64,000 nt of DNA from Desulfuromonas sp. (GTDB taxonomy: Bacteria; Desulfobacterota; Desulfuromonadia; Desulfuromonadales; Geopsychrobacteraceae): NCBI GenBank assembly GCA_002868865.1, contig PKUC01000022.1, positions 74,019 to 138,018 of the forward strand, in the 5' to 3' direction. Of this stretch, positions 56,765 through 64,000 are shown piece after piece. Both the position numbers and the translations under genes were made by a program. Numbering within the stretch: the first letter of the stretch is position 1; each line of letters begins with the position of its first letter. The notes below the pieces were generated by a model. The model saw only the letters and a list, made by a program, of their open reading frames with translations, was not told the origin of the DNA and did not search any database.

Positions 56765-58864
56765 TCAGCGGACGATCCGGATCGCGTTCAGGACAGCGAG
56801 CAGAGTAACGCCGACATCGGCAAAGATCGCCTGCCAGATCGTCGCCAGGCCGAACACTCCTAGCAACAGAACCAGCCCTTTTGCGGCAAAGGCCATGATA
56901 ATGTTCTGCCAGACGATCCGTTCGGTCAGGCGGGCCGTTTCAATGGCGGTCACCAATTTCCCCGGCTCGTCGGTCATCAGCACCACATCGGCGGCCTCTA
57001 TTGCGGCGTCCGAACCCAACCCGCCCATGGCGACGCCGATATCGGCCCGGGCCAAAATGGGGGCATCGTTAACCCCGTCACCGACCACAGCGACCCGACC
57101 GACATGCTGTTGCGCAATCAAGGCGTTGACCCGGTCGAGCTTCTGCTCAGGGAGCAGTTCGGCGTAAAAATCATCGAGACGGAGCGCTGTGGCAACCTCT
57201 TCGACCGCTGCCTGGCGATCACCACTGAGCATCACCATGTGCCGCACACCTAAGCGTCGCAACTGCTCGATACTCTCCTTTGCCCCTGCACGAAGGGAAT
57301 CACTGACAATCAGGCATCCGAGATAGGTTCCGGCACGGGCGACATACACCGCCGTTCCCGTACACTCCTGAGTGGACACACCGATACCGTGGCGATGCAT
57401 CAACAACCGATTACCGACCACGACTTGCTCTCCGTCGATATGCGCCTCAACTCCCAATCCCGCGAGTTCACGACTGTCATCAATACGCGCTTCATTCGGC
57501 GACGAGGTGCAGGCCCGCAGAATCGAACGGCCAACGGGATGAGTCGAGTGCAGTTCCGCCAGAGCGGCAAGTTCCAGCAGCTGCTGCGCGTCGCCCCCCC
57601 GGGCGGCAAGCACTTTCTGGACCTCGAACTCTCCACATGTGAGAGTTCCGGTTTTGTCAAAAACCACTGTCCGCACCCGCGCCAGTCCCTCCAGATAGTT
57701 CCCGCCCTTCACCAGGATCCCCTGACGGGAGGCCCGGCCGATCCCGCCGAAAAACCCAAGCGGAATCGACACCAAAAGCGCACAGGGGCAGGACACCACG
57801 AGAAAAACCAGTCCGCGGTAAATCCAATCGCTCCAGCTGCCGAGGTGGAGCAACGGCGGCAGAAAAGCGATCAACAGCGCTGAGAAGAAGACCATCGGCG
57901 TATAAACCCGTGCAAAACGGGTCATAAAACGTTCAGTCCGGGCCTTGTTCTCTCCTGCGGTTTCAACCAGATGGAGGATCCGGGATAAGGCCGATTGTTC
58001 AAAGGGGCGAAGTACCGTCGCGGTCAGCACACCTTCCCCGTTCACCATGCCGGCCAACAGTTCGCTGTCCGGCTCCATCCGGCGCGGAACCGGTTCTCCA
58101 CTCAAGGCAGAGGTGTCGACGAAGGATGTGCCGCTGACAATCCGGCTATCGAGGGGCACCCGCTCACCTGGGCGGACCAGGATCGTTTCACCGGCACTCA
58201 CCCTCTGGGGCGAGACCGTCTCGGTGCCTCCCGGAACGACGCGATGCGCCTGATCGGGACGGATATCCATCAGCGCGCTGATGGCACGGCGTGACTTTGA
58301 TACGGCACGCCCCTGCAGCATTTCCCCCATCAGGTAAAACAGCATGACCGCGACCGCTTCGGGATATTCACCGATCAGCAAGGCTCCGGTGGTTGCCAGG
58401 GTCATCAGTAGATGCTCTTCAAACCAGACTTTGGCACGCAGGTTGCGCAGCGCGGTGAGAACAACGGAGCCACCGACCAGCAGGTAACTCAGCAGATAAA
58501 AAAGGATGGCGACAACAGGCAGTTCAAGAGGCCCGGACAAGAGCAGCCCCCCGGCCAGCAGCAGCGTACCTCCAGCCAATCGCAACCATTGGCCACGGGG
58601 GATGCCGCCCCCCTCACCCGAAGCGCCGGTGGAATGCGGCAGGACACGCAGCCCCGGTTCGACCTCAGCACCGATCCGCTGAAGAACCTCCAGCAGCTCT
58701 TGATCAGGCAAGGAGCTCTCAACGCGCAGAACCGCCCGGGTAAAATCGACTCGGACCCGATCGATCTGATCCTGCTGCTGCAGGGCCGTTTCGACCTTTG
58801 CCGCACAGGAGGCGCAGGACAGACCGGCGAGGGAAAACCTGCGGGCTGCACCGGTCAGTGACAA
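56765..58864 (-). CDS. Heavy-metal translocating P1B-type ATPase (Zn/Cd/Co/Pb type)
   Basis: TTG start. N-terminal HMA domain (GLSCASCAAKVE). CPC in the TM helix (SCPCAL), DKTGTLT, GDGVNDAP. Confidence 0.9.
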   Translation of the reverse strand: MSLTGAARRFSLAGLSCASCAAKVETALQQQDQIDRVRVDFTRAVLRVESSLPDQELLEVLQRIGAEVEPGLRVLPHSTGASGEGGGIPRGQWLRLAGGTLLLAGGLLLSGPLELPVVAILFYLLSYLLVGGSVVLTALRNLRAKVWFEEHLLMTLATTGALLIGEYPEAVAVMLFYLMGEMLQGRAVSKSRRAISALMDIRPDQAHRVVPGGTETVSPQRVSAGETILVRPGERVPLDSRIVSGTSFVDTSALSGEPVPRRMEPDSELLAGMVNGEGVLTATVLRPFEQSALSRILHLVETAGENKARTERFMTRFARVYTPMVFFSALLIAFLPPLLHLGSWSDWIYRGLVFLVVSCPCALLVSIPLGFFGGIGRASRQGILVKGGNYLEGLARVRTVVFDKTGTLTCGEFEVQKVLAARGGDAQQLLELAALAELHSTHPVGRSILRACTSSPNEARIDDSRELAGLGVEAHIDGEQVVVGNRLLMHRHGIGVSTQECTGTAVYVARAGTYLGCLIVSDSLRAGAKESIEQLRRLGVRHMVMLSGDRQAAVEEVATALRLDDFYAELLPEQKLDRVNALIAQQHVGRVAVVGDGVNDAPILARADIGVAMGGLGSDAAIEAADVVLMTDEPGKLVTAIETARLTERIVWQNIIMAFAAKGLVLLLGVFGLATIWQAIFADVGVTLLAVLNAIRIVR

Positions 58865-58865
58865 A

Positions 58866-58886
58866 CCCTCCTGAACCTCAGGAGAG
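58866..58886 (-). promoter_or_regulatory. Hairpin/palindrome that includes the Shine-Dalgarno sequence of the metal ATPase
   Basis: CTCCTGA-ACC-TCAGGAG is a perfect 7-3-7 palindrome. On the mRNA the 3' arm is the SD (CAGGAGGG), 2-4 nt before the TTG start. Confidence 0.4.
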
Positions 58887-59153
58887 GATGTCCCTCAACA
58901 ATGATTTTGGCACTTGGAATGATTCGCCATAACCTGGACCGTCTTTCCCCACATCTCGTCGTGCAGAACATGGCGCTGAAGCGTCCCCACGGTTTTTTGC
59001 GGGGACTCCCCAGCATTTCGAATCGCTTACCTTATTGTAACTTTTTCACAGCCGAGCGGCCAGACTGAGAACAGGGCAAGCCTTAAGTAGAATCAAAAAA
59101 AAGACAGGGTCACGGCGTAACACTGTCTTTTATCCTCTGCTTTTGTGACCGGC

Positions 59154-59891
59154 TCAGTGCGTCTCCGGGCGCTCCCGCTCGAGAAAAATCCGCAGTTTCT
59201 CCTCCACCTCACGGAGGTGCTCCATCATCTTGTCCCTGGCCAACTCGGCGTCGCGGGCAACGATAGCGTTATAAATATCGCGATGGTGACTGATCAGCAG
59301 CTCCACATAACCCTCCTTGGTGTAAAATTCACCAAGGGCGACCATGATGTTGGTCTTAAATAACTCCTGAATGGTATTCAAGATATGGATCTGCAGGGTA
59401 TTGTGAGACGCCTCCGTGATCGCCAGATGAAACTGAGCATCGATCTCGGCGTCCCAATCTCCGGTTTCAGCAAAGTCTTCCATCTTTGCCAGCAGTTCAC
59501 CAAGCTGCTCGATCTCCGACTCTTCGATCCGCGTTGCCGCCAGATATGCGGACCAGGATTCCAGTCCCATCCGCACCTCGGTCAGGGCATGGAGCATACG
59601 TGGATCTTTTCGCGCCACCATCGACGCCAGTGGGTCCGCCATGGTGACCTCAGCCAGCGAGCGGACATAGGTCCCGCCCCCCTGCCGGGAGTCGAGGAAA
59701 CCCATCGCCTCCAAAACCATGATCGCTTCACGAACCGAAGGGCGGCTGACCCCCAGAAGCGTCGCCAATTCACGCTCTGAAGGGATCCTCTGACCGGGCT
59801 GAAGCTCTCCACGAGCGATCAATTCCTTGATCTGGTCAATAATTTCTTCGGATAGCTTTTTGGGCCGGATCGGCTTGAATACTGCGGACAT
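59154..59891 (-). CDS. GntR/FadR family transcriptional regulator
   Basis: Winged HTH (LPSERELATLLGVSRPSVREAI) and FCD-type C-terminal domain. ATG at 59891. Confidence 0.85.
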   Translation of the reverse strand: MSAVFKPIRPKKLSEEIIDQIKELIARGELQPGQRIPSERELATLLGVSRPSVREAIMVLEAMGFLDSRQGGGTYVRSLAEVTMADPLASMVARKDPRMLHALTEVRMGLESWSAYLAATRIEESEIEQLGELLAKMEDFAETGDWDAEIDAQFHLAITEASHNTLQIHILNTIQELFKTNIMVALGEFYTKEGYVELLISHHRDIYNAIVARDAELARDKMMEHLREVEEKLRIFLERERPETH

Positions 59892-60027
59892 ACGATCTCC
59901 TTTGATCGGTCTTATGGTATGACCTTTTATCACAAAGGAGGCATGAAGAACAAGCGCAGGCACGTATTCTGCCGACGAAAAAACACAGGGTCCCAAACCG
60001 ATAACTTGCCGGTCGGGTGGCAGGAAA

Positions 60028-60780
60028 TCAATCCCCTACAGGAACCTGGGTCCGCTGAAAGCGCTTAAACCACTGCTGAAACTCTTCCTCTTCACGCTCC
60101 AGCTCAAAGGCGTTAATCAAACCGCGCATCAGCGACACCGACAGGGCACGGTTGCGCAGATTGAAGGCGTCACCGTACTTTTCACAGGTAAACTGTTCCT
60201 GATCGATTCCCAGCTTGTTGTACAGCGAATTCAGGCGGCTCTGTGCGCCCCGGCGGGACAGGTAGCGACGCTGCGCGATCAGGTTATCGGTCAGCCCCAG
60301 AGAGATATCGAGCAGCGCTTCGTATTCGATGTCCGAAAGAGCGGTCAGACTGTGCCCGGCCCGGCCCTGAACCTTGCGCACCTCCGGATCGATCCAGCAC
60401 TGATCCTCGAACAGGACGGTACGAATCGCCGACGTGATCCGTTCGCGGGTATTCGACTTCAGGATATAGCCGTACACCGTTTCGGGAGGGACGATCTTCG
60501 CCAGGGCACGCACGTACATCTCATCTTTAAACTGGCTCCAGAAAACAATCTTCGCCTGCGGCTTTTTGGCCCACAGCTCCCTGGCAAACTCGACACCGTT
60601 GAGTTCGGGCATCTGGATATCACTGATCACCAGCGGATCGTTGCGCTCCATCCCCAGCTCGAGAGCCGTCTGTCCGTTGGGAGCACGGACGATGCGCACA
60701 TCCTCGTCCCAGGCCTCCAGAAGCTGCTCAAGAAATTCGAAATCCTTCGGGTTGTCTTCTGCGATCAGGACATCAATCAT
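60028..60780 (-). CDS. NarL/LuxR-type response regulator with extended C-terminus
   Basis: REC domain (VLIAEDNP...VISDIQMPELNG) and LuxR-type HTH (LSDIEYEALLDISLGLTDNLIAQR). Overlaps the kinase stop by 8 nt. Confidence 0.85.
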   Translation of the reverse strand: MIDVLIAEDNPKDFEFLEQLLEAWDEDVRIVRAPNGQTALELGMERNDPLVISDIQMPELNGVEFARELWAKKPQAKIVFWSQFKDEMYVRALAKIVPPETVYGYILKSNTRERITSAIRTVLFEDQCWIDPEVRKVQGRAGHSLTALSDIEYEALLDISLGLTDNLIAQRRYLSRRGAQSRLNSLYNKLGIDQEQFTCEKYGDAFNLRNRALSVSLMRGLINAFELEREEEEFQQWFKRFQRTQVPVGD

Positions 60781-62164
60781 GGGTAAGCTCCTTTTCCGTA
60801 CCCTCAACGGCCTCGGACAAAACGGGAAGTCTCAATTCAAAACGGGTCCCGGTAGAAAACCGCGATGCCGTCCAGCAGACCTCGGCGCCGACGGCACGGG
60901 CACGTTCACGGATATTGTTGAGACCACGGCCGTTGCTGTCCGATTCGCGGCGCTGGCGAAAACCGGAACCGTTGTCTTCGACCGACAGAATCAGATTCTG
61001 ATCTCGCAGTTCCAATCCGACCTCGAACCGGCTGGCGTGGGCATGCTTGTGAACGTTGTTGATGGCTTCCAGGCCGATCCGATACAACGCCAGCTTGACA
61101 ACCCGACCTAATGCCAGAGAGTCGATCCGCGGGTCGAGATACAGGTGGTAATCAGGCTGACCTTCTTTTTCACAGTGTCGCTCAAGGTGGGCCTCCAGCG
61201 CCGCCCCCAAACCGAGGATATCGAGCGTCTGCGGGTGCAGATTGTTCATAATATCACGCAGGTTGACGATCGCCGCATTGAGGTCGCGTTCCAGCTCGTT
61301 GGCGGTCTCATCGGGCAGCTGTTGCAACTTACGTAGAATCGCAGACAAATCCGACAACGACTGATCATGAAGGTCCATGGCGATCCTGCGCCGTTCCTCT
61401 TCAGCGCCTTCCAGCAACTTCTCGGAGCCGACGACCTGGATCAACCGCTTGGTCATCTTGTTGATAGAAAGGGTCAGCGCGTCGAGCTCATCACGGATCT
61501 GATCGGGCTGCGGCGGCGGCTCGAGGGTGCCGCTGGCGATACGTCTTGCGCTGTCAGACAGAAGCTGAATCCGGCTGAGGATGCGTCGGGCAAAGAAGAG
61601 AGACAGAACGATGCCGGACACAATCGCCAATCCCAGAACGACCAGTGACACTCGCGCCGTTCGATCGACGAGCTGATCGATATCCTGGTTATGAACTTCG
61701 CGCAGTTGCTGACGCTGCAACTGGGTCGTGCTCGACAACGAACTCAACTGTGAGCGAAACCGTTCGACCACCGCCAGAATCCGTTCGGGCTCAATCCCGC
61801 GGGTGGGATTCATTTCGATGGCAAGCTGTTGCAGCCGTTCAATCCGGGTCAGGCTGTCCGGATCCCCGACCGATTCGACCCGATCAACGGCGGCCGACAG
61901 CTGGTCGTGCAACGTGGCCAACAGCTCCATCTCGCTCCGCTTTGCGTAGCCGTTCTGCTGAAACCGCTGCATCAGAACAGCCAGCCGCCGCACCGCGAGA
62001 TCCGCTTCGGCCAGCGCGATAAATGCCACGCCGATGGTCTTGGCCTTATGCCGCTTCACCGACAGGTCCCAGTAGGTGTACTGCATAAACCCCAGCAACA
62101 GGGTCAGCAGCAGCAAAACCGTCGCCGGAGCCAGCAAGATCTGATGCTTTACAGTAATTCTCAT
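60773..62164 (-). CDS. Sensor histidine kinase, HisKA_3 (NarX/LiaS) type, with periplasmic helical sensor and HAMP
   Basis: Two TM segments flank a helical domain. H-box RRRIAMDLHDQSL. HATPase motifs (DNGSGF, GRGLNNIRER). Confidence 0.85.
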   Translation of the reverse strand: MRITVKHQILLAPATVLLLLTLLLGFMQYTYWDLSVKRHKAKTIGVAFIALAEADLAVRRLAVLMQRFQQNGYAKRSEMELLATLHDQLSAAVDRVESVGDPDSLTRIERLQQLAIEMNPTRGIEPERILAVVERFRSQLSSLSSTTQLQRQQLREVHNQDIDQLVDRTARVSLVVLGLAIVSGIVLSLFFARRILSRIQLLSDSARRIASGTLEPPPQPDQIRDELDALTLSINKMTKRLIQVVGSEKLLEGAEEERRRIAMDLHDQSLSDLSAILRKLQQLPDETANELERDLNAAIVNLRDIMNNLHPQTLDILGLGAALEAHLERHCEKEGQPDYHLYLDPRIDSLALGRVVKLALYRIGLEAINNVHKHAHASRFEVGLELRDQNLILSVEDNGSGFRQRRESDSNGRGLNNIRERARAVGAEVCWTASRFSTGTRFELRLPVLSEAVEGTEKELTHD

Positions 62165-62240
62165 GGGCTACAATCTACCACGCGTCTCTGGCAAATGCAC
62201 TGTGCTGATACACAAACCCCGCGCGCCGGAAACTGCGCAT

Positions 62241-62282
62241 AAAAAACTCGGGGGAGCATCTCGAAACCGAGTCTCCCCCGAG
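62241..62282 (-). terminator. Rho-independent terminator of htrA/degP
   Basis: On the minus strand: CTCGGGGGAG-(16 nt)-CTCCCCCGAG-TTTTTT. Perfect 10-bp stem. Confidence 0.85.
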
Positions 62283-62311
62283 CGCTAACCGGACTCATCC
62301 GAACAAGCCGC

Positions 62312-63688
62312 CTACTTAATCTTCACTGTTGTATAGAGCGAGCTCTCGCCGCGCTGCACTAGCAATCTGACAATCGTGCCGGCATCATACCCCCGCACCA
62401 TTTTACGAAGTAATTTTATGCCTTTCACCGGATGACCGTTGATATCGATGATCAGATCTCCGACCTGCAGATTGGCCGCAGCGGAGGGTCCGTCTGGATC
62501 GATACCGCTGATAACAACGCCGGCCTCCGCACTGAGCCCGTAGCGATCCTGCAGTTCCGGAGTCAAGGGGCGCAAGGTCAGGCCCAGGCGATCCTCGGCT
62601 TCACTGATCCCCTGAGGGGCACCTTCGTCAGCCGCCAGACGACCGACCTCAACCCGCACGGTCAGCTCACGCCCGGAACGGAAGAGCACCACAGAAACCG
62701 AGGTTCCGACCCTGGTCGATGCCACCAACCGCGGCAGATCGTTCATCTCATCAACATCACGACCATTAAACTTGAGGATGATATCGCCTCGCTGAATCGC
62801 TGCCGCCTCTGCGGGTGAACCGGCCATAACCTCAGCGACCAAAGCCCCGCGCGCTCGATCGAGACCGAACGACTTGGCCAGCTCTTCTGAAATCAGCTGG
62901 ATCGAAACCCCCAGCCAACCACGCACCACTTCGCCGGTCTCCTTAAGCTGCTCTACCGTGGTGCGCGCCGCATTTATCGGCAGTGCAAAACCGATCCCCT
63001 GTCCCCCCTTGATAATCGCGGTATTGATACCGACGACCTCACCGCGGACATTGAAAAGCGGTCCCCCCGAATTGCCCGGGTTGATAGAAGCATCGGTCTG
63101 GATAAAGTCATCATAGGGGCCGGCACCGATCACCCGGCCCTTGGCCGAAACGATACCAGCCGTCACAGTCTGTTCCAGACCGAAAGGGTTGCCAATCGCC
63201 ATCACCCATTCTCCGACCTGCACATTTTCGCTATCTCCCAGCTCGGCGACAGGTAGTTTTCCTCCCGTCTCAATCTTCAGCAGGGCGAGATCGAGCTTTT
63301 CGTCGGCACCTCTGACCTTGGCGTCAAAAGTGCGCCCGTCCGACAACTTGACCACCACCTCATCGGCGCCGTTGACAACATGCTCGTTGGTCAGGATAAA
63401 TCCGTCATCCGAAATGATAAATCCTGAGCCAAGGGACGTTTCCATCCGTTTTCTCGGCTGCATATCGGGAGCAAAATGGCGAAAAAACTCCTCAAAAAGA
63501 TCCTGCCCGCCCCGCCCCTGCCAGCGGGACATATCCTGCGAAACGACCTTTTTGGATGTACTGATATTGACAACACTGGGCTTCATTTTTTTGGCCAGAG
63601 ACACAAAGTCGGGCGCATGTGCGCACACCGATGTTACAAAAAAACCGACCAGCAACAGTGCCGATGTCAAAACCGGAATTCTCTTCAT
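62312..63688 (-). CDS. htrA: Periplasmic serine endoprotease DegP/HtrA (Do family, two PDZ domains)
   Basis: Signal peptide. Catalytic triad context (TNEHVV, DLALLKI, GNSGGPL). Two PDZ domains. Confidence 0.95.
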   Translation of the reverse strand: MKRIPVLTSALLLVGFFVTSVCAHAPDFVSLAKKMKPSVVNISTSKKVVSQDMSRWQGRGGQDLFEEFFRHFAPDMQPRKRMETSLGSGFIISDDGFILTNEHVVNGADEVVVKLSDGRTFDAKVRGADEKLDLALLKIETGGKLPVAELGDSENVQVGEWVMAIGNPFGLEQTVTAGIVSAKGRVIGAGPYDDFIQTDASINPGNSGGPLFNVRGEVVGINTAIIKGGQGIGFALPINAARTTVEQLKETGEVVRGWLGVSIQLISEELAKSFGLDRARGALVAEVMAGSPAEAAAIQRGDIILKFNGRDVDEMNDLPRLVASTRVGTSVSVVLFRSGRELTVRVEVGRLAADEGAPQGISEAEDRLGLTLRPLTPELQDRYGLSAEAGVVISGIDPDGPSAAANLQVGDLIIDINGHPVKGIKLLRKMVRGYDAGTIVRLLVQRGESSLYTTVKIK

Positions 63689-64000
63689 ACGCGTCCTCTC
63701 CTGAGTTTAGAAATAGAAACTGATGCGTCGGCAAGCAGTTCGAGACAAAAAAACAGATGATCTCGATCATCAATCGGCCAACGCGCCCAGCTGAACATCT
63801 GTGTAAATTTACCATAAAGCCGAAAAAGGAATACATGCGCAGAACAACAGTCATTAAATGCAGTTTTCTGCATATCGCTGTGCGTAGCTGCTGGAGCCTT
63901 GACAGTTCAACGACCAATTCACCATAATGCGTAAACTTGACTAGTTCACTTTTCAAAACAGCTCCCTATTTGCAGAGGACTCCAGAATGACCATACCCCG

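Noticed and set aside
1-64000. A search for rRNA, tRNA, CRISPR repeats, IS elements, integrases, phage genes and reverse transcriptases.
   Set aside because: I saw no cloverleaf-like or rRNA-like segments, no regularly spaced direct repeats, no terminal inverted repeats, and no transposase, integrase or RT motifs in any frame. The window looks like core chromosome. This is manual reading only; tRNAscan-SE or Infernal would be decisive.
63987-64000. A possible start of a plus-strand gene (ATGACCATACCCCG preceded by GAGGA) at the window edge.
   Set aside because: Only 14 nt are visible, so it cannot be evaluated.

Overview
This is a gene-dense chromosomal segment, about 58-60% GC by eye. I support 55 protein-coding genes and no rRNA, tRNA, CRISPR array, transposase, integrase or phage genes. 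All calls rest on motifs read from the translated ORFs and on hairpins or palindromes read from the DNA. No database search was run.

Gene content points to an anaerobic Desulfuromonadales-type bacterium (Geobacter/Desulfuromonas/Pelobacter-like); this is inference only. Supporting genes include sigma-54/NtrC signalling, many c-di-GMP proteins, an FprA flavodiiron protein, an iron-sulfur flavoprotein, a small assimilatory-type sulfite reductase and RNase J.

Gene order:
- an OB-fold lipoprotein
- a TetR-controlled RND efflux operon
- uvrC
- a cNMP-binding protein coupled to an AI-2E transporter
- a convergent REC-PilZ / Cache-PAS-GGDEF-EAL pair
- a tandem-Cache histidine kinase and NtrC-type regulator, followed by a predicted sigma-54 promoter and a SatP/YaaH-like channel operon
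- plsC-rnj, uppP, ftsK
- an orphan ParE/RelE-like gene
- a rubredoxin-DUF2231 / small sulfite reductase / MYG1 operon
- a quinone oxidoreductase
- a Tat-FeS plus cytochrome b pair with no catalytic subunit
- Isf, aroK, a CBS protein and a DUF4350-like protein
- yaiI-lysR, divergent from yceI and a Xi-class GST
- priA-mltA-membrane protein
- fprA, DAHP synthase, an aminotransferase, a monoheme cytochrome c, trmB-truD
- iclR plus a hydrolase, coaE, an acyl-CoA synthetase
- a HEAT-repeat protein overlapping an HD-GYP protein that shares its N-terminal domain
- a P-type metal ATPase followed by PAS and HEAT genes
- a GntR regulator, a NarL-type two-component pair and htrA/degP

I found no clear-cut novel system. 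The best candidates for something undescribed are:
1. the sigma-54 two-component system wired to the SatP-like operon and its structured leader
2. the rubredoxin-DUF2231 / small sulfite reductase / MYG1 operon
3. the catalytic-subunit-less Tat-FeS / cytochrome b module
4. the HEAT / HD-GYP pair with paralogous N-terminal domains
5. the antitoxin-less ParE/RelE-like orphan in an AT-rich pocket

Several very long antisense ORFs were examined and rejected as high-GC shadow frames.
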